A DNA stretch of 32,000 nt, taken from positions 90,001-122,000 of the forward strand of contig NZ_OMOH01000006.1 of the NCBI RefSeq assembly GCF_900289195.1, written 5' to 3'. Shown here one piece after another: positions 7,796-14,973 of the stretch. This stretch comes from Propionibacterium ruminifibrarum. Lineage in GTDB: Bacteria; Actinomycetota; Actinomycetes; Propionibacteriales; Propionibacteriaceae. How positions within the stretch are numbered: position 1 is the first letter of the stretch; the number at the start of each line of letters is the position of its first letter. The notes under the pieces are model-generated. The model was not told where the DNA came from and did no database searches. It saw nothing but the letters and a program-made list of their open reading frames with translations. The position numbers were made by a program, and so were the translations under genes.

Positions 7796-8541
7796 TCGGA
7801 CCCAGCCCGCCCCCGGGCGACCGCCCGGGGACACACTGCGCCACCAAGAGAAGAAGTTTAGCGGCAAATCCTTCATGAACGAAACCCGAGCCCCCGGATC
7901 ACCCGCCACGAGACACCGGGCCGAGACCGGACCGAGGGCGGCCGGGGACGCGGGACGCCCGCCAAGCCGTCAGACGGGCACAGGGGGGCGCGGACGCGAG
8001 TGGGGGACGCACCGGACCGCGCCCCCCTGGCAGGATCAGGGGAACCCTGAGACATGACCAGGGTCGATCCGATGAGGGATTCACAGTTTTCACAGCACTC
8101 ATCCGCGCTCGTCACCGACCCATACCAGCCTTCAAGAGGTCGGCCGAGGCAATTCATGGCAACATGACCCACAGCTTGCCCCCAGGTTGAGCACAGCCGA
8201 GAGCGAACAAAACCCTGATTGACAAGCACCGTTGATGATCCGCTCACAGCGAGCACCCCCCTAGGGGCATGAAGCTGCTTGCCGGGACGCTGTTGGTCGG
8301 GCGTGCTCGCATGGTTTTTCCTCACAGGAGGCGATAATCTTCTCCTCGAAGCCGACCTCGACACCCCCGACCACAGCTTGACAGCTGAAGACCCACCTCA
8401 CCGCACGAATCATCACCGCACCTGAGCAAACCCCTCGGCGATGGCGTGACGCCCATCATGGTTCGGACTCGGCGCCGGCTTCCGCATGGACCCATACACC
8501 CCCTCACCGAAAGCTGGTGATTCCGTCCGCGGACTTCTGCC

Positions 8542-10080
8542 ATGTCACTCATCACCAAGGATCAATCCCTCGCTGACTTCGACGAGAAGAACTTCGATGA
8601 GTTGTTCTCGAACGTCGGCGCAGAGTCTGCCCCCCGAGTCGAGTGGCGCACCAGCGTCGAGCCCCGGGACCAGGTTCGCCGGCGCAGCACCAGGATCGTC
8701 TGGGGCATGGCCGGCTGCGATCTGGCTGTCATGGCGATCACGACACTCCTCGCGGCCAGGTACCGCGACGCCATCGACTGGTTCGTCGCGGGCGGCACGG
8801 TCGGCCCCGCCGCGGTCCTCATGGTGCTGGTCTGGCTGGTCTGCCTCGCGCGGTGCGGGGCCTACCGGATCCGGAACATCGGCGTGGGGGTCATCGACTA
8901 CCGCACCATCCTGCATGGCTCGCTGATCGCCATGGGGCTGACCGGCGCCGGCGCCTATCTGCTCGACGCGTCGATCTCCCGCGGGTTCTTCCTCCTCACC
9001 TACGCGATCGGCGTTCCGGCGCTGCTGGTCGACCGGTGGATTCACCGGCGCATCCTCTTCGTCCTGCACCGTCGCCGCAGGATCAGGCGCTCGGTCATCG
9101 TGGCCGGCGACGCGACACACGTGGCAGACGTCATCCAGGTCTTCAAGCGCGAGCGGTGGCTGGGGTACGACGTGGTCGGTGTGCTGACCCCGAACATGAT
9201 GCCCTGCCTGCAGTACCCGAACATCCCGGCCGTCGGCATGCTGGAGAACGTTCTCGACGTGGCGCGCAGCAGCGATGTCGGCACCATCGTCTTCGCCGAG
9301 GGTTCCTTCTCGCGCTCCCACATGTTCGACCGGCTGGCCGCGAAACTCGAGGCCGAGAACATCGAGCTGATCGTCGTCCCGGCGCTGAGTGACATCGCGC
9401 CCCAGCGCATGACCATGCGGCCGGTGGCCGGTATGCCGCTGATGTACATCGACAAGCCGTCGACGCACAGTTACAGCCAGGTCGCCAAGCGCATCTGCGA
9501 CATCGTGTTCTCCTCGCTGCTGATCCTGCTCAGCCTGCCGGTCATCGCCGTCACGGCCCTCGCCATCAAGATCGAGGACGGCGGCCCGATCATCTTCAAG
9601 CAGCAGCGCATCGGCATCGGCGGCAAGCCCTTCGAGTGCTACAAGATCCGCTCCATGGTCACCAATGCGGCCGAGATCAAGGAGCGGCTCATCGCCCAGC
9701 ACCAGAACGAGTCCGAGGGCGACGTGCTGTTCAAGATGAAGAAGGACCCGCGCATCACGAAGGTCGGCGGGTTCATCCGCCGGTTCTCGGTCGACGAGCT
9801 CCCGCAATTCTTCAACGTCCTCAAGGGCGACATGTCCCTCGTCGGGCCCCGCCCCGCGCTCAAATCAGAGGTCGACAAGTACGAACAGCACGTCCGTCGT
9901 CGCCTCGACGTGCGGCCGGGCATCACCGGGCTGTGGCAGGTCTCGGGCCGCTCGGACCTGTCCTGGGCCGACACGGTCCGCCTGGACCTTTACTACGTGA
10001 ACAACTGGTCCCTGGTGCAGGACCTCAGCATCCTGCTCAAGACCTTCAAAGCGGTGTTCAGCTCCTCCGGGGCCTACTGA
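8542..10080 (+). CDS. polyprenyl-phosphate hexose-1-phosphate transferase (WbaP/CpsE-type bacterial sugar transferase)
   Basis: 512 aa with N-terminal TM helices. C-terminal catalytic domain reads KRICDIVFSSLLILLSLPV..IFKQQRIGIGGKPFECYKIRSM..FKMKKDPRITKVGGFIRRFSVDELPQFFNVLKGDMSLVGPRP..RPGITGLWQVSGRSDL. Confidence 0.88.
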   Translation: MSLITKDQSLADFDEKNFDELFSNVGAESAPRVEWRTSVEPRDQVRRRSTRIVWGMAGCDLAVMAITTLLAARYRDAIDWFVAGGTVGPAAVLMVLVWLVCLARCGAYRIRNIGVGVIDYRTILHGSLIAMGLTGAGAYLLDASISRGFFLLTYAIGVPALLVDRWIHRRILFVLHRRRRIRRSVIVAGDATHVADVIQVFKRERWLGYDVVGVLTPNMMPCLQYPNIPAVGMLENVLDVARSSDVGTIVFAEGSFSRSHMFDRLAAKLEAENIELIVVPALSDIAPQRMTMRPVAGMPLMYIDKPSTHSYSQVAKRICDIVFSSLLILLSLPVIAVTALAIKIEDGGPIIFKQQRIGIGGKPFECYKIRSMVTNAAEIKERLIAQHQNESEGDVLFKMKKDPRITKVGGFIRRFSVDELPQFFNVLKGDMSLVGPRPALKSEVDKYEQHVRRRLDVRPGITGLWQVSGRSDLSWADTVRLDLYYVNNWSLVQDLSILLKTFKAVFSSSGAY

Positions 10081-10093
10081 CCCCCACATCGAG

Positions 10094-10127
10094 AACCACC
10101 CCGCTGCCACCCAGCGGGGTGGTTTCC
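10094..10127 (+). terminator. terminator after the sugar transferase gene
   Basis: 13-bp perfect stem AACCACCCCGCTG (10094-10106) / CAGCGGGGTGGTT (10112-10124), 5-nt loop, then TTCCTCTCTCC. Lies in the 82-bp convergent gap before murB. Confidence 0.65.
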
Positions 10128-10162
10128 TCTCTCCTCGCGGGTAGCGGCGCCGTCCCGTCCCG

Positions 10163-11308
10163 CTACATGCCCACGCCGACCAGCACGGGTTCTGGCACGA
10201 GCCCTACCCCGTAGGCCGCCTGGACCCCGTCCCGGATGGTCCTGGCCAGGGCGATGACGTCCTCGGCGGTGGCGTCGCCGCGGTTGGTCAGGGCGAGCGC
10301 GTGCTTCGTCGACAGCCGTGCCGGACCGTCGCCGAAGCCCTTGTGAAAACCGGCGTGGTCGATGAGCCAGGCCGCCGAGGACTTCACGCGCCCATCCGGC
10401 TGGGGGAACCGAGGCGCCTCGTCCGGTAGCCGGGCCGCCTGCTCGGGGTTCAGGATCGGGTTGGTGAAGAATGAGCCGGCGGACCAGGTGTCGTGGTCCT
10501 GCGGATCGATGACCATGCCCTTGCCCGCCCGGAGGGCCAGCACGCTCTCGCGCACCTGCGCTGACGGGGCCCGGCTCCCGGGTTCGACGCCCAGCCGCCC
10601 GGCCAGCTCCGCGTAGGCGATCGGCATGGACTGGTCGCCCAGCAGGAACTGGAAGACGACCTCGAGAATGACGTAGCGGCCGGTCGCAGCCCCGGGCTCG
10701 CGGGTCTGCTTGAAGACCGAGTCCCGGTAGGCGAACCCGCATTCGGCGTTGGCGAAGGTCCGGTAGCTCCTGGTCTCGCGGTCCCAGGTGCGCACCCGGT
10801 AGACGTACTGGCCCACGTCGGTGCCATAGGCGCCGACGTTCTGCACGACGGTGGAACCGACCAGACCCGGGATGCCCGACAGGGCCTCGGGGCCGCGCCA
10901 CTGGTTCTGCACGGCGAATGCGACGAAGTCGTCCCAGACCTCACCGGCGGCGACTCCGACGACCGCTCCCCCGCAGGCCGAGACCTCGGCCTGGATGCCG
11001 TGGGTGTCGACCCGCACGACGGTGCCGTCGAAGCCGGTGTCGCTGATGAGCACGTTGGAACCGCCCGAGAGCACCAGGAGGGGCTCTCCGGCCTCGTCGG
11101 CCTCGGTGACGGCGTCGATGAGTTCGCGTTCGGTCCGGGCGATGACGAAGTGCTTGGCGGGGCCGCCGATGTGGAAGCTGGTGTGCTCGCTCAGCTGCGG
11201 CGAGGCGGGGACCGTGCGGGGCTCGAGGAAGCCGTCGGCGCGGTCGATGCGGCAGTCCTCGCCCGCGGCCGGGAACTGCTCGACGTCCTCCTCCCACTCG
11301 ATACTCAT
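10163..11308 (-). CDS. murB: UDP-N-acetylenolpyruvoylglucosamine reductase
   Basis: 381 aa with an FAD-binding N-domain: LSEHTSFHIGGPAKHFVIARTERELIDAVTEADEAGEPLLVLSGGSNVLISDTGFDGTVV. C-terminal part reads SAGSFFTNP..SAAWLIDHAGFHKGF. Its ATG overlaps the upstream stop (ATGA at 11308-11305). Confidence 0.92.
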   Translation of the reverse strand: MSIEWEEDVEQFPAAGEDCRIDRADGFLEPRTVPASPQLSEHTSFHIGGPAKHFVIARTERELIDAVTEADEAGEPLLVLSGGSNVLISDTGFDGTVVRVDTHGIQAEVSACGGAVVGVAAGEVWDDFVAFAVQNQWRGPEALSGIPGLVGSTVVQNVGAYGTDVGQYVYRVRTWDRETRSYRTFANAECGFAYRDSVFKQTREPGAATGRYVILEVVFQFLLGDQSMPIAYAELAGRLGVEPGSRAPSAQVRESVLALRAGKGMVIDPQDHDTWSAGSFFTNPILNPEQAARLPDEAPRFPQPDGRVKSSAAWLIDHAGFHKGFGDGPARLSTKHALALTNRGDATAEDVIALARTIRDGVQAAYGVGLVPEPVLVGVGM

Positions 11309-11757
11309 GCGTGCTCCCCTATGAAGACATGGGCCCGGGCCGCGCCGAGCACCTTGGTGTCCTTCTCGCCCTCGGCGGCCGCCGGGATGCGTGCGTCGAT
11401 CATGATGGTGGCGGTCTCGTCGACTATCTCGGTGACCCGGGCGGTGACCCGCACGTGGGTGCCCTCGTCGTCATCGGGCAGCCGGACGGGGCTGGTGAAG
11501 CGCACCGCGTAGTCGATGAGGCGTGCCGGGTCCGTGCACCAGTTGGTGACGACGCGCAGTGCCGAACCCATCGTCCACATGCCGTGAATGATGACGCCGT
11601 CCAGGCCCAGTTCGCGGGCCGAACGGTCGCTCCAGTGGATGGGGTTGAAATCGGTCGAGGCGCCGGCGTAGCGAACGGCCGCGGCACGGGTGGCGTAAAG
11701 GTCCAGGGCGGGAAGTTCGTCGCCCACGGCGACGGAGGCGGGGTCGAAGCCGTTCAT
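11305..11757 (-). CDS. MaoC-like (R)-specific dehydratase subunit, HadB-like
   Basis: MNGFDPASVAVGDELPALDLYATRAAAVRYAGASTDFNPIHWSDRSARELGLDGVIIHGMWTMG, a hot-dog fold with the D-x-N-P-I-H motif. Only the last 150 codons of track ORF 11305..12231 are real. The ATG overlaps the upstream stop (ATGA at 11757-11754). Confidence 0.88.
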   Translation of the reverse strand: MNGFDPASVAVGDELPALDLYATRAAAVRYAGASTDFNPIHWSDRSARELGLDGVIIHGMWTMGSALRVVTNWCTDPARLIDYAVRFTSPVRLPDDDEGTHVRVTARVTEIVDETATIMIDARIPAAAEGEKDTKVLGAARAHVFIGEHA

Positions 11758-12188
11758 GCCGCATCCTCCTGACGGGTGTGGACGAGGGTCGAGACGGCGG
11801 TACAGCAGGGCTCGCCCTCGATGGTGTCGAGCTGGACCGAGATGGTGACCATGTCGGCGGGGCCGCGACGGCGCACCTTCGTGATGGTCAGTGTCGAGAC
11901 GATCCGGTCCCCGACACGCAGCGGGCGAGTGATCTCGAAGCGCTGGTCGGCGTGGATCGTGCGGTGCAGAGCCAGGCCGAGGTCGGGGTCCTCGAAGATC
12001 GCGCCCCAGGCCCGGGCGGCGATGACCGCCGCGAAGGTGGGCGGTGCGATGACGGACTCGTCGTCCCCGGTGTACGCGGGATTCGTGTCGCCGAGCGCTC
12101 CGGCGAATTCCTCGATCTTGGCGCGGCTCACCGTGTAGGGCCGCGGAGAGGGGTAGGTCCGTCCCTCGTGTTCTGTGCCGATGCTCAC
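11754..12188 (-). CDS. MaoC-like dehydratase subunit, HadA-like (non-catalytic partner)
   Basis: 144 aa: MSIGTEHEGRTYPSPRPYTVSRAKIEEFAGALGDTNPAYTG..HADQRFEITRPLRVGDRI. Same order and size as the hadA-hadB pair downstream of rpmG in mycobacteria. Confidence 0.85.
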   Translation of the reverse strand: MSIGTEHEGRTYPSPRPYTVSRAKIEEFAGALGDTNPAYTGDDESVIAPPTFAAVIAARAWGAIFEDPDLGLALHRTIHADQRFEITRPLRVGDRIVSTLTITKVRRRGPADMVTISVQLDTIEGEPCCTAVSTLVHTRQEDAA

Positions 12189-12249
12189 CCCTCAATCTTA
12201 GGGTGACCGGCCTGCCCACCGTTTCCTCCACGGCCCGGGGCCGGCCGGC

Positions 12250-14073
12250 TCACTGCTGGTCGGCGTCTGGGGCCCCATCGGCGGGTTCGGCTGGGCCCGG
12301 CGACGGATGGGGCGTCTCCTCGTCGTCGCCCACGGCCCCCAGGCCGGGCGGGGTCCAGCCGGCGGCTGCTCCCCCGCCGGGCTGCCAGCTGTTGGGCCGC
12401 CAGGCCGTGCTGGGCCGCCATGGGCCGTCCTGGCTACCCGTCAGACCGCTCGCCGGTTCCCAGCCACTCGTCAGACCGCTCGTCGGCTCCCAGTCGCTCG
12501 TCAGACTGCTCGCCGGTTCCCAGTCGATCGCGGACCGCCAGGTCGTGCCGGGCGAGAGCACCTCGCTGGAAGGGGTCCACGTGGTCATGGGCGTGAACCA
12601 GTCGTCGCCGCGGTCCGGCGCGGGCTCGGGCCGGGCAGCGGGCGGAGGCATCGTCTCGGACGGGGGCCCGGCGACGGGTTCGGGCACCGGCTCCGCCGGC
12701 TGCACGGTGGCCACCGGCCCGGTGGGCTGCACCGTGGAGACCGGGGCGACCTGTTCGGTCTGAGGTTGGGCGTGGTCTGCGGTTCTGGCGGCCTGGCGGG
12801 GCGGCGTCACGGGCCTGCGCAGCGAGGCCGGGAGCACCGCGGGCCCGGCCCGGAGCAGGTCGGCGGGCACCCCCGAGGCGCTGTGGGCAGGCTGGGGCCG
12901 GCCGTCGTGGGCGCGTTGACCGAGCAGGCCGTCGAGCGCGTGCGGGTCGCGGCCGGGTGCCGGCTCGCCCGGGGCGTGGACGCCGAGGTAGGAGTCGAGG
13001 AGAGGGTCGTAGACCTCGAAGGCCTCGGGGGCGAGGTTCCAGAACAGTTCGGGCGCGATGAGGGTGCGGCCGTCGGCGCGCGGCGGCAGTTGCGCCGCGT
13101 CGGGGTGGAGCGACAGGTTCGCCGTCCAGGCGCGTCCGGCGCCGTCGCGCAGGCCGATGGCGTGGCTGGGGTCGAGTGAGCCGAAGACGTAGACGAGCTG
13201 GCGCTGGGCCGGCGTGGGCAGGATCGGGTTCGCCTCGGCCCCGTTGTTCGTCCGGGATCGTGGCAGCGGCCGGTTGACGGCCTTGGGGTCGTGGAGATAG
13301 GCCATGGGCCGTGTCGACCCCGGCTGGACGAGCAGGACCTCCTTGCCGGACTGCTGCCACTCCAGCAGGTGCACGTCGGTCTGCTGGGTGAACAGGCGCC
13401 TGCGGTCGCGCCGGCTCGCGGCACGAACCCACCAGCCCGCGATGGTCAGGCCCATGACAAGCGTGCAGCAGAAGGGCAGGGGGTTGCCCGGCGTGGCGCG
13501 CCCAGCACGGAAACCGGTCAGCGCCCAGAAGCAGAAGAGGCCGATCACCAGGCAGGTGCCGATCGTTCTTCCGGCGCTGGTCTTCTCGATGGTGGCCATG
13601 GCGCGACGATCGCGTCGCTCGGTCTCGGTGAGCAGGAAACCGACCGCGCCCCGGGCCGCCTGGGTGTAGCGGCGTTTGTCGAGCATGTGCAGCAGCGGGA
13701 CGAGCGCGTAGCAGACGCTCATCGCGATGGCGGGGGCGAGCATGACCCTGCTCGATCCCGCCGGGCCGAAGAGGAGACCGACGGTCATCAGTAGGCTGCC
13801 CGCGCAGCCCACCCAGCAGCTCGTCAGCGGGACGAAGAGCACGATGAAGGAGGCCATGACGACCAGGCGCGCGCCGAGGAGCATGAGGACCTGCTCGAAG
13901 GGTCCGGATCCGAGGACGCCGAGTACCCACCAGTCGCCGAGCGCAGCGACGATCGCGCCGCCCACGCGGACCAGCACGGTGCCGGCCACCGAGTGCCACA
14001 GCTCGTCTGGGGTTTGCAGGGCGGGCGGGTAACGGTCCGGGGACAGGCGGGGACGGGCCGAGGGGGTCTTCAT
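12250..14073 (-). CDS. hypothetical polytopic membrane protein with Pro/Trp-rich repetitive C-terminal tail
   Basis: 607 aa. The N-terminal ~230 aa hold several hydrophobic helices (e.g. VLVRVGGAIVAALGDWWVLGVLG, LVVMASFIVLFVPLTSCWVGCAGSLLMTVGLLFG, IGTCLVIGLFCFWALTGF). A middle soluble region follows. The tail has TVQP repeats and three DWEP(A/T)SGLTS-type decapeptides. Alternative frames (12434..13999-, 12307..13179+) are Arg-rich junk. Confidence 0.72.
   Translation of the reverse strand: MKTPSARPRLSPDRYPPALQTPDELWHSVAGTVLVRVGGAIVAALGDWWVLGVLGSGPFEQVLMLLGARLVVMASFIVLFVPLTSCWVGCAGSLLMTVGLLFGPAGSSRVMLAPAIAMSVCYALVPLLHMLDKRRYTQAARGAVGFLLTETERRDRRAMATIEKTSAGRTIGTCLVIGLFCFWALTGFRAGRATPGNPLPFCCTLVMGLTIAGWWVRAASRRDRRRLFTQQTDVHLLEWQQSGKEVLLVQPGSTRPMAYLHDPKAVNRPLPRSRTNNGAEANPILPTPAQRQLVYVFGSLDPSHAIGLRDGAGRAWTANLSLHPDAAQLPPRADGRTLIAPELFWNLAPEAFEVYDPLLDSYLGVHAPGEPAPGRDPHALDGLLGQRAHDGRPQPAHSASGVPADLLRAGPAVLPASLRRPVTPPRQAARTADHAQPQTEQVAPVSTVQPTGPVATVQPAEPVPEPVAGPPSETMPPPAARPEPAPDRGDDWFTPMTTWTPSSEVLSPGTTWRSAIDWEPASSLTSDWEPTSGLTSGWEPASGLTGSQDGPWRPSTAWRPNSWQPGGGAAAGWTPPGLGAVGDDEETPHPSPGPAEPADGAPDADQQ
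12439..12528 (-). repeat. 3 x 30-bp in-frame tandem repeat inside the 607-aa gene
   Basis: Plus-strand units are cgtcagaccgctcgccggttcccagccact, cgtcagaccgctcgtcggctcccagtcgct and cgtcagactgctcgccggttcccagtcgat, each differing at a few positions. They encode ..DWEPASSLTS DWEPTSGLTS GWEPASGLTG. Confidence 0.9.
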
Positions 14074-14080
14074 GGTCAGG

Positions 14081-14086
14081 ACTCTA
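14081..14086 (-). promoter_or_regulatory. -10-like TAGAGT placed for a leaderless transcript of the 607-aa gene
   Basis: Minus strand reads gcTATAGAGT-CCTGACC-ATG, so the TANNNT hexamer ends 7 nt before the ATG (14073). No SD is present. Leaderless mRNAs are common in actinobacteria. Confidence 0.35.
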
Positions 14087-14133
14087 TAGCGATCCCGTTC
14101 CTACTGTCTTCGCGTTCCGACATGGCCGAACGG

Positions 14134-14168
14134 CTTGAGGCCGCCGGGCGGCGCCCGGCGGCCTCAAG
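14134..14168 (-). terminator. hairpin terminator after rpmG
   Basis: 15-bp perfect stem CTTGAGGCCGCCGGG (14134-14148) / CCCGGCGGCCTCAAG (14154-14168), 5-nt loop, 17 nt downstream of the rpmG stop. No U-tract. Confidence 0.6.
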
Positions 14169-14185
14169 GAAGGAACCAGATTCGC

Positions 14186-14356
14186 TCAGCGGGTCTCGCG
14201 GTGAGCGGTGTGCTTGCCGCAGCGCGGGCAGAACTTGCTCAGCTCAAGACGATCCGGCGTATTGCGGCGGTTCTTCTTGGTGATGTAGTTGCGCTCCTTG
14301 CACTCGGTGCAGGCAAGCGTGATCTTGGGGCGGACATCCCCGGTCTTCTTGGCCAT
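14186..14356 (-). CDS. rpmG: 50S ribosomal protein L33
   Basis: [56 protein letters not shown] (56 aa, CxxC..CxxC). The track ORF's upstream extension to 14569 runs through tRNA-Met. Confidence 0.95.
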   Translation of the reverse strand: MAKKTGDVRPKITLACTECKERNYITKKNRRNTPDRLELSKFCPRCGKHTAHRETR

Positions 14357-14469
14357 GATCGAACCTCTGTCGTGCCGGTGCTCCACGGAGCACGTCTCGT
14401 CGTTCCCGCAGAGCCCGTGGGCCCTGCGGCTCTCATGAGAAAGCCATGACGCACGAGGCGCCACGGCCC

Positions 14470-14545
14470 TGGTAGCGGGAGCGGGATTCGAACCCGCGAC
14501 ACAGCGATTATGAGCCGCTTGCTCTGCCGCCTGAGCTATCCCGCC
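14470..14545 (-). tRNA. tRNA-Met (anticodon CAT), probably elongator; a lysidine-modified tRNA-Ile2 cannot be excluded
   Basis: Minus strand GGCGGGA-TA-GCTC-AGGCGGCA-GAGC-A-AGCGG-CTCATAA-TCGCT-GTGTC-GCGGG-TTCGAAT-CCCGC-TCCCGCT-A-CCA. The anticodon stem has no GGG/CCC run, so it is not an initiator. Confidence 0.88.
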
Positions 14546-14619
14546 TCTTGCCGGCCTCGCGGCCCGCAAGCAGCTGCCTTGATGACCGGGTCGCGCGGTG
14601 TACGGCCCTGCCGCAGCGG

Positions 14620-14692
14620 AGCCCCCATGCGGAATCGAACCGCAGACCTTCTCCTTACCATGGAGACGCTCTACCGGCTGAGCTATAGGGGC
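14620..14692 (-). tRNA. tRNA-Thr (anticodon GGT)
   Basis: Minus strand GCCCCTA-TA-GCTC-AGCCGGTA-GAGC-G-TCTCC-ATGGTAA-GGAGA-AGGTC-TGCGG-TTCGATT-CCGCA-TGGGGGC-T. Confidence 0.9.
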
Positions 14693-14705
14693 CAGCCGGG
14701 GAAGA

Positions 14706-14735
14706 ATGTTACCGGACCCCTGCCCCGGTTCTCAA
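14706..14735 (-). promoter_or_regulatory. candidate promoter of the tRNA-Thr/tRNA-Met/rpmG unit
   Basis: Minus strand reads TTGAGA (14735-14730), 18 nt, TAACAT (14711-14706). The -10 ends 13 nt before the tRNA-Thr 5' end. Confidence 0.45.
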
Positions 14736-14973
14736 ATCGTCTCGGTGCGGCGGGGCGAGCCCGCCACGGAACGGATCGCCTGGGACGGGATCACCGAGCA
14801 CCGGTCAGGGTCGGGCTCTCCGGCCGCGGGACGGATCGTGCCAGGACATCGCCTGCAGGGCCAGCCGAGCCCGCCCTGACGCAACGGGCACGTCAGGGAC
14901 TGTGTGACCCGGAGCAGGGCCGGTTGACAGGCAGTGCCCTAGGCTGGGTCGCAGCCCCGACCTCGGAGAGAAC

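Noticed and set aside
7873-8364. 163-aa - strand ORF in the large gap
   Set aside because: No RBS, Cys/Arg/Ser-rich, no hydrophobic core pattern. Treated as non-coding, though a decayed gene cannot be ruled out without BLASTX.
8545-9807. 420-aa - strand ORF
   Set aside because: Antisense shadow of the sugar transferase gene. Asp/Arg/Gly-rich, no TM helices or motifs.
11758-12231. N-terminal 158 codons of the 308-aa - strand ORF 11305..12231
   Set aside because: It overlaps the HadA-like gene out of frame and is Arg/His-rich. The real HadB-like protein starts at ATG 11757.
12434-13999. 521-aa - strand ORF, plus the + strand ORFs 12307..13179 and 13291..13794, inside the 607-aa gene
   Set aside because: Arg/Pro/Gly-dominated translations without hydrophobic segments. 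The 12250..14073 frame gives coherent TM helices and in-frame repeats.
14357-14569. Upstream extension of the rpmG ORF
   Set aside because: It runs through tRNA-Met. L33 is a 56-aa protein starting at ATG 14356.
14922-14950. TTGACA hexamer as promoter for the first paralog gene
   Set aside because: No TANNNT element at 16-19 nt. TAGGCT lies only 10 nt downstream, which is the wrong spacing.
14693-14973. Integration (att) site or integrase remnant next to tRNA-Thr
   Set aside because: No repeat of tRNA sequence and no recombinase-like ORF. The tRNA-Thr 3' end faces away from the accessory block.
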